NCBI GenBank assembly: GCA_963667175.2
Contig: CAXXXF010000003.1
Span: 96,001-160,000, forward strand
DNA length: 64,000 nt
Source: Candidatus Latescibacterota bacterium
Lineage (GTDB): Bacteria > Latescibacterota > UBA2968 > GCA-2709665
Direction: 5' to 3'
Both the position numbers and the translations under genes were made by a program. The notes under the pieces were generated by a model, which saw only the letters and a program-made list of their open reading frames with translations, was not told where the DNA came from and ran no database searches. Shown here in pieces: positions 1 to 8,980 of this stretch; position 1 is the stretch's first letter, and the number at the start of each line of letters is the position of its first letter.

Positions 1-637
1 GGTCCTCCCGCCGCAGCCCCGAACCCTCGGCGAACACCTCCGCGCCGTAGACGAAGCAGGCATTGGTCAGCATCACCCCTTTGGGCCGCGAGGTGGTTCC
101 GGAAGTATAGAGGAGTTGCACCACGCGCTCGGCCGCGCCGTGTCCGTCCGGCGGTTCCGCGCGCTGCACGGAGAGCGCGTCTTCGTAAACCGGAGTTCCG
201 TCTGGGACTTCGTCGCCCGTATGGCATACCACAACGGGAATTTTCGAATGCGCCGCGACGCGGCTGGCTACGTCCAGGCAACCGGGATCGGAAAACGTCA
301 ACTTGCTCCCGGAATGCCCGACCAGGTACGCCAGTTCATCCTCCGTGGAAGCCGGGTTCGTGGGCATGGCCGTCGCCCCGAGGCACGACGCGGCGAGGAC
401 CAGTTGCACATAGGCCGGGTGGTTGGACAGGTGAAGATTGAAGACGTCCCCGGCGCGGATCCCGAGTTCAACCAGGAGGTTGGTCGCTTGATGCACACTG
501 TGGAGGAACGCGGCGTACGTCCAGCGGAAAACCCGCCCGTCCGCCCGTTCGAAAACCATCCATTCCCGGTCCGGCTGCCTGCCCGCGCAGCCCGCGAAGT
601 CCAGGTACAGCGTCCGGTCCGCCCCAACGTCGATCAT
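1..637 (-). CDS. AMP-binding acyl-CoA ligase, CaiC (crotonobetaine/carnitine-CoA ligase)-like; 3' end runs off the window
   Basis: Translated by hand from ATG 637 (ATGA overlap with the upstream stop): MIDVGADRTLYLDF...WTYAAFLHSVHQATNLLVELGIRAGD...LLYTSGTTSRPKGVMLTN. The AMP-binding P-loop is in frame. Absent from the ORF track because it has no stop in the window. Confidence 0.85.
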   Translation of the reverse strand, partial: MIDVGADRTLYLDFAGCAGRQPDREWMVFERADGRVFRWTYAAFLHSVHQATNLLVELGIRAGDVFNLHLSNHPAYVQLVLAASCLGATAMPTNPASTEDELAYLVGHSGSKLTFSDPGCLDVASRVAAHSKIPVVVCHTGDEVPDGTPVYEDALSVQRAEPPDGHGAAERVVQLLYTSGTTSRPKGVMLTNACFVYGAEVFAEGSGLRRED

Positions 638-1386
638 CGGTCTTTCTTTCGCGCGATGAACGCCGCCAGGTTCGCCCGCGCGTCGTCCGTGCCGAAACAG
701 GACTCGAAGGCCGACGAGGCGGCTTCATCCCACCTGGCGTCTCGCGCGGAGGAGATCCGGTTCAGCAGGGCCCTGGTCTCCCGCAGCGCCGCCGGAGGAA
801 AGGTCGTCAGACGCAGCGCGAACGCCCTGACGCGATCCTTCAACGCATCGTCCGCGACGCAATCGTGCACCAGGCCGAACTCCTTCGCCTCGTCGCCGGT
901 GACCGTTTCGCACCCCATCGCGATCCATTTGGCTGCCGATCCGCCGACAACCTCGACCAGCCGGCCCAACCCCCAGGGCGGCGTCCATCCCAGTTCCACC
1001 TCCGGCATGCTCAGACTCGCCGACGTCGCCGCGATCCGAAAGTCGTGGTACATCGCCATCACCACACCGCCGCCGAGCACGTGGCCATGCAGCATCGCGA
1101 CGGTGGGCTGGGGAATCGCCTCGAGCATGGCGAAGGCGTCGGCGTGTTCTTTTTCTGCTTCCGCGGCTTCCCGTGCTGAGAGCGGCGCCAGGTCTTTCAG
1201 GTCGCTACCCGCGCAAAACGCCCGGCCCGCGCCGCTGGTGACCACAACCCGCACGTCGTCCCGATCGCGTATCCCTTCGAGGTGCGCCCCGAACGCGCGC
1301 ACGCTTTCGAGATCCATCGCATTCAACACCTCGGGCCGGTTCAACGTCAGCCAGGCGATTCCGTTGTCAACCGTCAGATCGATCAT
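634..1386 (-). CDS. Enoyl-CoA hydratase/isomerase (crotonase) family protein
   Basis: LTLNRPEVLNAM, GRAFCAGSDL, GHVLGGG and MPEVELG crotonase motifs. Confidence 0.93.
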   Translation of the reverse strand: MIDLTVDNGIAWLTLNRPEVLNAMDLESVRAFGAHLEGIRDRDDVRVVVTSGAGRAFCAGSDLKDLAPLSAREAAEAEKEHADAFAMLEAIPQPTVAMLHGHVLGGGVVMAMYHDFRIAATSASLSMPEVELGWTPPWGLGRLVEVVGGSAAKWIAMGCETVTGDEAKEFGLVHDCVADDALKDRVRAFALRLTTFPPAALRETRALLNRISSARDARWDEAASSAFESCFGTDDARANLAAFIARKKDR

Positions 1387-1392
1387 AGAGGT

Positions 1393-1887
1393 CTATGCGG
1401 GTTTTTTCGGATAGTCGTACGACACCATCCGTCCGATGCCGCCCGATACGTCGGCCCAGGATTCGATCTCCAGATCGACGCAGCAGACGGCGCACGTTGG
1501 CATATAAATCGACGAGTCCGAAGCGAGATATCCGGCCAGGTCGGAGAAACCCGGATTATGCCCGACCAGGATTACTTCGCCGCAGTCGTCCGGGAGTTCC
1601 CGCACGACGGCAACCAGGTTGTGAAGGCTCGCCTCGTATATGGTCATTTCCTCAATGATTTCCTTCGCCGGGAACCCCAGTGCCTTCGCGATCGCCCGGG
1701 CCGTTTTTGCCGCTCGCCGCGCGGGACTGGAAACGATCATATCGGGCTTCGCCCCGCCTTTCTTCAGACGCGCGCCCATAGACGGCGCGTCCCGTTTGCC
1801 GCGTTTGTTCAACGGGCGCTCGAAATCGCCAAGCGACGGATCGCTCCAGCTCGACTTTGCATGTCGAATCACATAAAGCCGTTTCAT
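1393..1887 (-). CDS. sixA: SixA-type histidine phosphatase
   Basis: RHAKSSW...D.ERPLNKRG, SSPARRA and LVGHNPG motifs. Confidence 0.88.
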   Translation of the reverse strand: MKRLYVIRHAKSSWSDPSLGDFERPLNKRGKRDAPSMGARLKKGGAKPDMIVSSPARRAAKTARAIAKALGFPAKEIIEEMTIYEASLHNLVAVVRELPDDCGEVILVGHNPGFSDLAGYLASDSSIYMPTCAVCCVDLEIESWADVSGGIGRMVSYDYPKKPA

Positions 1888-1955
1888 ACAGCGAAGCCCC
1901 CCACCCTGTGTAGATGACGGCCCCGGCGGACCTGATCCGGCCGGCGGAGCGGCGA

Positions 1956-2843
1956 CTACGGATCGCCCACGGGTCCGCGACCGTCCCAGATCAGCCTGGG
2001 TCCGCCGTCAAGCCCATAGATGTGTCCGGCCTCCCTTTCCCGCGGGTATCCCAGGCAATGGGAGACGTAGGTCACGCCTTCGATCTCGCGAAAGCGGTTT
2101 CGATGCTGATGTCCGTATACGTGCATCGACGCGCCGACTCGCCGCACCTGCGCATCCAGCCCACGGCATCCGGCTACCCGGCTGAAGTTGAACGCCGGGT
2201 GAGGATCCGCCGGCCATTTCCCGGGCGGCCGCCTGTCGGGGAGTCCGTAAATCAGTTCCTCCCTCGGCAGAACATGGCTGAACGAGATAACCGGCGCGTC
2301 GTATTCCCGCACGACGCGGCTCTCATTCACGCGAAGGAAATATTCCGCGGCCGGCGGTGCCGCCTCCGGCCACCTGACGAAATGATCGTCGCTCCACATG
2401 GACAACGTCGCGTCTTCGCCGGCCTTCGGCGAGTACAAGCTGTCCGGCCCCTCTTCCGGTTTCAGATACCACGAAAAGAGAGGAACGATCCACACGCCCG
2501 TCCCGTTGCCGGCCCGGCCGGGCCGCGTGTTGACGTCGAGCCGGTCGCAAAGGTCCAGTACCTGATCGAACTTGCCCAGAGACCCGCGGGGCGGCGTCGC
2601 TCGGCGCACCCACAATTCGTGGTTTCCCGGGACGAAAAACAAACTCGAGAACCGGGACCGCAGTTCCGACAGCGTCCCCTCCAGCCGGTCCATGCGGTCG
2701 GTGACGTCGCCGGCGAGAATCAACGTGTCCCGCCGATAACCGGATCGGGACAGCGCCCGGACCCAGGCCAGATTCAGCGCGGAATCCACGTGGATATCAG
2801 ACAGCGCGAATATGCGCGGCGTATCAATCTCGGTCTCGCCCAT
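1956..2843 (-). CDS. Calcineurin-like metallophosphoesterase (resembles PptH-type ACP/CoA phosphodiesterases)
   Basis: SDIHVD, LAGDV, PGNHELW, FSHVLP and YGHQH metal-ligand motifs; likely start ATG 2843. Confidence 0.85.
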   Translation of the reverse strand: MGETEIDTPRIFALSDIHVDSALNLAWVRALSRSGYRRDTLILAGDVTDRMDRLEGTLSELRSRFSSLFFVPGNHELWVRRATPPRGSLGKFDQVLDLCDRLDVNTRPGRAGNGTGVWIVPLFSWYLKPEEGPDSLYSPKAGEDATLSMWSDDHFVRWPEAAPPAAEYFLRVNESRVVREYDAPVISFSHVLPREELIYGLPDRRPPGKWPADPHPAFNFSRVAGCRGLDAQVRRVGASMHVYGHQHRNRFREIEGVTYVSHCLGYPREREAGHIYGLDGGPRLIWDGRGPVGDP

Positions 2844-2912
2844 GGCTGTCAACCGGTCCGCGCAGAGCATACGGATATGGCCGCCTCCACGATTCGCGAA
2901 AGGAAACCGGCG

Positions 2913-3545
2913 TTATTCCCTCCTTACCCTGCAAACCGCCCCGGAACCGGCGTCACAATACCAGAAATCCCCTTCCCACGTCGTCATGCCGTGAGGCTCC
3001 GGATACCCTTCGGGAATCTCGATCTTCTCGCGGACCACTCCATCCGCCGCGTTCAGACGGTAGATTGCACGGTGATTGGTTTCGACGCACCAGAGGTCCC
3101 CGCCTTCCCAGGCAATGCCGTGCGGCCGTTCCCCGGGAGCGGGAATCGAATGGACGACATCGAAGCCGTTCTCTACGTCCACCTCGTAGATCGTGGCCGA
3201 CGGCGGAACGGCCATCCAGAGGCAGCCGTCGCGCATTTCCAGGCCGTGGGCGCCCGTTTCCACCGCGCCGGGCGTATCGAAGCGTTGCAGTGTTTCCCCG
3301 GTCTGCCGGTCGACGTGGAGAATCTCCCGGCTGTACGTGGACGCCAGCCACAGCGCGGCGCCCGTGTCCGTAACCCCGCTTCCCTTGTCCGACGACGTCT
3401 CCAGCGTCTCAATCGATTCGCCCGAGAAGGAGACCAGAGCGACCTGATTCGTTTCCTGGTCCAGAATCCAGATGCCTTCGGACGTTGCCTGCATCCCGTT
3501 CGGATGCGGCCCCGGGGCGTCAAACTCGTGTGTGATTTCGACCAT
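2913..3545 (-). CDS. Small beta-propeller protein (Vgb lyase / glutamine cyclotransferase-like)
   Basis: Five repeats of [AT]PG..PHG[LIM].W.G..[LF]W of about 40 aa each. Confidence 0.7.
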   Translation of the reverse strand: MVEITHEFDAPGPHPNGMQATSEGIWILDQETNQVALVSFSGESIETLETSSDKGSGVTDTGAALWLASTYSREILHVDRQTGETLQRFDTPGAVETGAHGLEMRDGCLWMAVPPSATIYEVDVENGFDVVHSIPAPGERPHGIAWEGGDLWCVETNHRAIYRLNAADGVVREKIEIPEGYPEPHGMTTWEGDFWYCDAGSGAVCRVRRE

Positions 3546-3597
3546 GCGCGCACTCCCCGTTTTCCGTGAATACGAACCAGCGATCCAAAACAGCCCG

Positions 3598-4422
3598 TCA
3601 CGCCACCCGCGTCGGCCTCGTGTTCATCAATCCGATGATGCTGTCGGGGTGCTCGTCGCGGGTGCTGAAACCCGGCGTGTCGCCGCGCCGTCTGTAGCGT
3701 GCGGTGCGCACGTACGGCGGGCTCATTTCCGGATAGCTGAAAGACGAAGGATCAGCCTTCAGCTTCTCGATCGCAGTCAATGCCCCTTCCCGGATGAGCG
3801 CGCGCGACCGCGCCGGCGCCAGGTTGACCGCGCTCAGCTTGGCGCGGCTGTATGCGTCCGCATCCAGGTCTTCCAGCCCGTCGGGAAGCAGGCCGCGTTT
3901 CACGCCGACCGTGACCACGCCGGGCGTGAGCGACTCGGCCTCGTCAGCGAACGCTTCCTCGCCGGCGGCGAAAATCGCGGGAACGCCGAGTTCCATCGCG
4001 CACAACACCAGCTGCCCGTATTCTCCAATGGAAATCCCGTTGATCGCATAGTCCACGCAGGCGAAACTGCCCGTATGGGTCAGGTGCGAATAGGGGGTGC
4101 CCGCCTTCGCGTGTTGCCCCACGTATGCCAGACCGTGGAACGATTCATCCAGGCTCCAGGGCCAGATCGGATCGGCATGGCCCCGCATCAATTGTGCGCG
4201 TTCGTCGAGAAGTTCCGGGTCCATCGCGCCGTGCCCGTGTCCGTCGACAACGAGAATCTCTTCCGCGCCGCCTTCGCAGAAGCCGTCCACGGCGGCGTTG
4301 ACCTCCAGCGTCAGGAGTCGCTTCGCTTTGTCGTAATACCTCGCCTCCGGCACGCACCAGTCCTCGAAGTTCAGAATGCCCGCGACGCCTTCCAGGTCCG
4401 TCATCATCATCAGCTTCATCAC
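3598..4422 (-). CDS. M55 family metallopeptidase (DppA D-aminopeptidase-like)
   Basis: TDLEGVAG, VVDGHG, VGQHAKAG, HLTHT and IGEYG M55 motifs. Confidence 0.9.
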   Translation of the reverse strand: MMKLMMMTDLEGVAGILNFEDWCVPEARYYDKAKRLLTLEVNAAVDGFCEGGAEEILVVDGHGHGAMDPELLDERAQLMRGHADPIWPWSLDESFHGLAYVGQHAKAGTPYSHLTHTGSFACVDYAINGISIGEYGQLVLCAMELGVPAIFAAGEEAFADEAESLTPGVVTVGVKRGLLPDGLEDLDADAYSRAKLSAVNLAPARSRALIREGALTAIEKLKADPSSFSYPEMSPPYVRTARYRRRGDTPGFSTRDEHPDSIIGLMNTRPTRVA

Positions 4423-4459
4423 CGATCTCCCGTCTGAATGCGACCATCGCCTTACACGT

Positions 4460-5653
4460 CTACGCTTCGCGCCCGACCCAGAAGTCGTTAAAGCCCGTCA
4501 CGGGCCCGTCGTCGTTCGGTCCGCTCGCCAGGTCCAATCCGCCGAACAGGTACATCGATTCACCCAGGGACACCATTCCGGGTACGCGCCGGACCCCCGG
4601 AACCGTCGCGGATGCCGAATAGTCTTTCGACCCGTCGTGCGCATGAAGACAGGTCCAGTCGCCAATACCCAGATTCAAGCGCCAGAGGTCGTTCAGTTGC
4701 GGCCCATTCACTTCCTCAGGCATGAACGTGCCCTGCGGTCCGAAACCGCCGAAAACGTACCATCGATCGCCAATCCGGGCCGACCCGTGGCCGTAGCGTG
4801 CGGAGGGCCGGTTCGCCGCCCCGAAGTCGTTTTCCGCGAGGCAGGTCCACGCGGCCGTGGCCGGATCGAAGCACCAGAGGTCGTTGTAGAACTGCGGATC
4901 GCGGTCCTGCGTATCCCGCCCGCCCCAGACGTAGATCCGGTCCTGCCACGCCGTCATCGACGTCACGTACCGTTTTGGAGGCCACACCCCGCGCCCCATC
5001 GCGTCGATCCGCTCCCAGGTTCCCGCGGCGGTATCGTACGTCCAGAGTTGCCTGCTCAGCACCGCGGTTTCCACCGTCGGGGGAAGCGGCGCCCGATGGC
5101 CCCATCCGCCAAAGAGATAGATCCTGCTCCCGATAACGGCCGTTCCGAACCCGCCCATGGTCGTCGGCCGGCCCAAGCCGGCGCAGTCGGGATGTTCCAG
5201 CAGGACGCCGTCGTCGGGCTCCAGCAGGGTCCAGCCCGCTTCCGACGGGTCGTACATCCACAGATCGTTCAGCAGGGTGAACTTCCACCCTTCGCTCAGG
5301 ATCGACAGCCCGCCGAACAGGTAGAACCTTCCGTCGATCTCGACCCACGCAGGCAGCATGCGGGCGCAGGGCCGGTCCGCCGAGACGTCAAAACCCGTCG
5401 CGCCGTCGTTCTCCTCCAGCTGGTCCCATCTCCCAGCCGCCGGATCGTATGCCCAGACGTCGTTCAACCCGCCGAGCGTGGACTTGTTTCCCTGACCCGA
5501 GGAAGCGCCGTATCTGAGCGTGCCCCCGCCGAACATATAGACGCGTCCACGGTAGGACAGCATCGCGCCCGGCGCTTCTCTGGCGCAGGGTACGCGACCG
5601 TCCGTCGACGCAACGTCGGGATGCAACAGGCGCCATTGGAACGTGGAACCCAT
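4460..5653 (-). CDS. Kelch-repeat beta-propeller protein
   Basis: Six YxFGG...NDLW.YDP...W repeats; likely start ATG 5653 (MGSTFQW). Confidence 0.88.
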   Translation of the reverse strand: MGSTFQWRLLHPDVASTDGRVPCAREAPGAMLSYRGRVYMFGGGTLRYGASSGQGNKSTLGGLNDVWAYDPAAGRWDQLEENDGATGFDVSADRPCARMLPAWVEIDGRFYLFGGLSILSEGWKFTLLNDLWMYDPSEAGWTLLEPDDGVLLEHPDCAGLGRPTTMGGFGTAVIGSRIYLFGGWGHRAPLPPTVETAVLSRQLWTYDTAAGTWERIDAMGRGVWPPKRYVTSMTAWQDRIYVWGGRDTQDRDPQFYNDLWCFDPATAAWTCLAENDFGAANRPSARYGHGSARIGDRWYVFGGFGPQGTFMPEEVNGPQLNDLWRLNLGIGDWTCLHAHDGSKDYSASATVPGVRRVPGMVSLGESMYLFGGLDLASGPNDDGPVTGFNDFWVGREA

Positions 5654-5829
5654 ATGACTTGCGCGCCTTTCCCTGTTTCCGCGGGTAACCGCCTCGCCGG
5701 ACGCCGGCTCAGCGAACGGCCTGCATAACCAGATGCGAGGGGTATTCCTCCGAGTGATGAACTTCCCGGGTTGCCGCAATGAGTTCCGTTTCCGCCAGGC
5801 TGTAATGATTCCTAACCGCTATCCGCGAT

Positions 5830-7388
5830 TCAGATCCGCTCCATAATCTCCCGAAAACCGTTTACGGCATCCAGGAATCCCGAAGGACCGGGCATCGGCC
5901 GGAGGCAGAAGATCCCGTCGAAACTCCGGCACCGGAGATTGGAGAGAATCTCAACGAACTCCGCGTTGCCCCTGCCGGGGACCGCCGGATCCCCGCTGGC
6001 CGCGACCAGGTCCCTGAAGTCGACGTGTCTGACAAACCGGCGGATCGGCCCCTTGTAAAGCCCCATGATAGAAAGGGCTTCCACCCGACACCGCCACGGC
6101 GGCCGGATCGTATGCCATGTGTACACCGGCCTCCCCGATCTCTCTCAAACCTTTTGCGATATCCGCCGGGTTCACACCCGCGGGATTCCCCACCAGCACG
6201 TCCATCGCATTGTCATCGGCGACCCGGGAGAGCCGTTCGAGAGCTCCGCTCAGATCCGCCCGATCGAGGTCCTCGGGCAGCCGGACATGCAGGTATTCCG
6301 CATCGAAACCGGATGCAATTTCACAAGCCTCCGCCAGCGCCTCCGCAGATGCGAACGGCGTGCGCAATACCGCGACGTCGAGGATCCGTTCTCCCAGCCC
6401 TTCGCCGGGTAGGTCGATATCGACCAGGTGATTCGTATGCATTTCGACGTGTGAAATCCCCGCCTTTGCGACCGAATCAAGTGTCTTATCGGCATTGGCG
6501 TTCACCGCCCACAGCGGCACGCTCAATCTGAAATCCTCACCCTGCAGCAGGGCTTTCAGGGATTCCCCGCCAGTGGCTGCCGTTTGACGCAACTCCCTCG
6601 GCCGGTTTCCCGAAGATCTCGCGATCTTCTCCCGGAATCCAACGCAGTCGGCGCAGTGCGGATTCTCGTCCAGCGCAAACCCGGGGTCGCGCGACATTTC
6701 ACGGCGCATGACGGCCGCGGCGCGGGGTGCGTCGATCAGCCGGCAGACTGCCGGCCCAACCGTACCCACGGCCATGGCCCCTTCGGCCCTGAACAGCCGG
6801 TCGAACTTCAACACGCCCCCGCGGTGTCCGCCCGGACACCGGCGAATCGACATGGTGCGGACCTCGCCGGAGGCGTCCACGTACTGCATTTCCAACTCGC
6901 GGAGGTACGGCAGGTCCAGCTCCGCCTCCACCGTGTGAAGCAGCGTCATCGTATCCAGGTCGCACCCGACGTGCAGCACCTTGCCGCCGAGGGTGATCAG
7001 TCGGCCATAGGGCGTTTCCGGGCCGTCGGGCACGGCGCTTTTCTCATGATCGGACAGGATTTCCGCCGCCCTGGCGCCGTACCCGGCCACCGGATGATAG
7101 GGGTGCCGGCTGCGCAGCACGCCGGGACGCAGCCGGAACGTCTCGCTGATGGTTCCCATGTCCGAGGGGATGGTGTCCGGATCGAACGTGCGTCCGTCGC
7201 GGGCCGGATGGGTGGGCATCATCAGGGTCCCGCCGGAGCCCACGACGTCGAGAAGGGCGTCGATCACCCCGTCCGCGCCGCCCGAAACGCGGCCCAGTGC
7301 GCTCAGGGACGAATGCGCCACCACGATCGCGCCCGGGCTGCAATCCGAGCGCCGACAACCCGTCTGCGATTTCACGTTGCGTCAGCAT
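5830..7388 (-). CDS. AAC(3)/YokD-family N-acetyltransferase fused to a C-terminal xylose-isomerase-like TIM barrel; two +1 frameshifts (about 7333 and 6062)
   Basis: MLTQREIADGLSALGLQPG in one frame joins AIVVAHSSLS...GTLMMPT...RSRHP...TLLHTVE in a second frame. ...PFYHG joins LYKGPIRRFVRHVDFRD...PGRGNAEF...FREIMERI* in a third frame. Removing one G at each run gives a 518-aa ORF. Confidence 0.75.
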
Positions 7389-7438
7389 CGTTGCCGCGAA
7401 TCCTCCCTGACACGGCGGCCGCTCCGGGCGGCACGCCA

Positions 7439-8314
7439 CTAAATATCCGAAACGCTCGTGTATCCGGGGCGGATCAGCCCCCTCTGGTGGTCCCGGCAGT
7501 GCGCCAGAAAGCTGCGGTCGCTCAACAGAAAGCCGGGATCTTCGATAATACATCGGGTGCCCTCGTCAATCAGCTCCCGTGCGTTCATGACGGTCACTTT
7601 CGCATCGCCGATCTTCCCGTACTGAACCAGACCCATCCTTTGCATCTCGGGCTCCATCAGGAAGTAGTCCCTGGGCACGTTCGGCGTATGCACCTTCTGG
7701 ACGTGGACGTGGATCCGGCCATTCTCGTCCGCCACCTCCAGGCGGGAGGGTTCGTCCGCCAGCGCATAGGGCGCATGGCCGTATTCTTCGCAGGCGTGCA
7801 TCAGCGTGCAGCTGGTCCATCCCGTGCCGAGGAACATGTAATGCGCTTCCAGTTCCCCCAGCTTTCCCCAGGCCGTATCCCGCCCGCATGGCGTAAAGCA
7901 GCGAACCGCGCCCTCGGCGAGGTACTCCGCCTGGCGCCCGATCGCGCACATGGGATTGCTGGAGTCCAGGCACCGCACGGCGCCCGGATGACGTCGAAAC
8001 ACCTCGGTGATCCTGCCCATCCTGGACGGGGAGCGGCGTACGTCGAAGGCCGGGGACCCGGCGGTACGGGCGTATTCCCAGTGCCACCCGTTGAAATGAC
8101 ACGTATGCACCGCAATGGTCCCCCGGGGTCCGACGGCCTCCAGAAACGCCTCGATTACCGTTTCGGCGCCGCCTTCCACGTATCCCATGCTGCTGAGGGA
8201 ATTGTGAAAGAACACCGCATCGCCCGGATTCACCCCCAGATTCCGAAGGCCTTCGACGACGTCACGCCCCCGAACGACCGTTTTCCCTTCCGGTGACCAG
8301 GGTTTCTTTGCCAT
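7439..8314 (-). CDS. AAC(3)/YokD-family N-acetyltransferase
   Basis: LGVNPGDAVFFHNSLSSMGYVEGGAETVIEAF, MGRITEVFR and CTLMHACEE; likely start 8314. Confidence 0.85.
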   Translation of the reverse strand: MAKKPWSPEGKTVVRGRDVVEGLRNLGVNPGDAVFFHNSLSSMGYVEGGAETVIEAFLEAVGPRGTIAVHTCHFNGWHWEYARTAGSPAFDVRRSPSRMGRITEVFRRHPGAVRCLDSSNPMCAIGRQAEYLAEGAVRCFTPCGRDTAWGKLGELEAHYMFLGTGWTSCTLMHACEEYGHAPYALADEPSRLEVADENGRIHVHVQKVHTPNVPRDYFLMEPEMQRMGLVQYGKIGDAKVTVMNARELIDEGTRCIIEDPGFLLSDRSFLAHCRDHQRGLIRPGYTSVSDI

Positions 8315-8389
8315 CAATGGAGTCTCCTTGCACAAGAACGACGTCCGTTACGATAACAATCGACGGATGCGGTCGCGTCCCTCCACCGT

Positions 8390-8980
8390 TCATCCGCGGT
8401 ATGCGGCGAGAGACGGATGGTCGAGGACGGAGGCGAGCCACGTCCAGCCCTCGGCGCACCTGCCATAGGTTTCGATGGGGACGAATCCGAAGTCCAGGTA
8501 CAGGTTGATCGCCCTCGCGGTGTTGGTCTGCGTGGTCAGGTAAGCGCGGTCGTGGAAGTCCGCGATCCGGCGTAGGGACGCCGCCAGGAGCGGTTTGGCG
8601 AGACCGCGGCCCTGATACTCGGGACGGATGGCGACCCAGTGGACGCGGCCGTAGTCCCTGCCGTTGAACGCGTCGTTGTACCAGGCCGTGCACGTACCGA
8701 TTGCCTGACCGTCCGGGTCCTCCAGGTACAGACACCGGGCCTCCATTTGGTCGCGGCCCGGTCCGAACTCGCTCTCGAAGTACTCCAGCGCCTTATCCAC
8801 GGAATCGAACGACGCCACGGCGATTTCGATTTCCGCCCAGAGGCGGTCTTCGCCGGCCCTGTAGTAGCGCAGCCGGTATCCTTCGGGAAGCGGAAATGAC
8901 GGGAGGTCCGTCAGGTCATCCCTGACCATGACCACCGGAACGTGCTTCTGCTTCCTTTCCCAGTGCCTGTCGATTCTCAC
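8390..8980 (-). CDS. GNAT family N-acetyltransferase
   Basis: HWVAIRPEYQGRGLAK (motif A) and RAINLYLDFGF. Confidence 0.9.
   Translation of the reverse strand: MRIDRHWERKQKHVPVVMVRDDLTDLPSFPLPEGYRLRYYRAGEDRLWAEIEIAVASFDSVDKALEYFESEFGPGRDQMEARCLYLEDPDGQAIGTCTAWYNDAFNGRDYGRVHWVAIRPEYQGRGLAKPLLAASLRRIADFHDRAYLTTQTNTARAINLYLDFGFVPIETYGRCAEGWTWLASVLDHPSLAAYRG

Noticed and set aside
5830-8314. Aminoglycoside resistance cluster
   Set aside because: Family-level similarity only, catabolic context, and no integron or transposon
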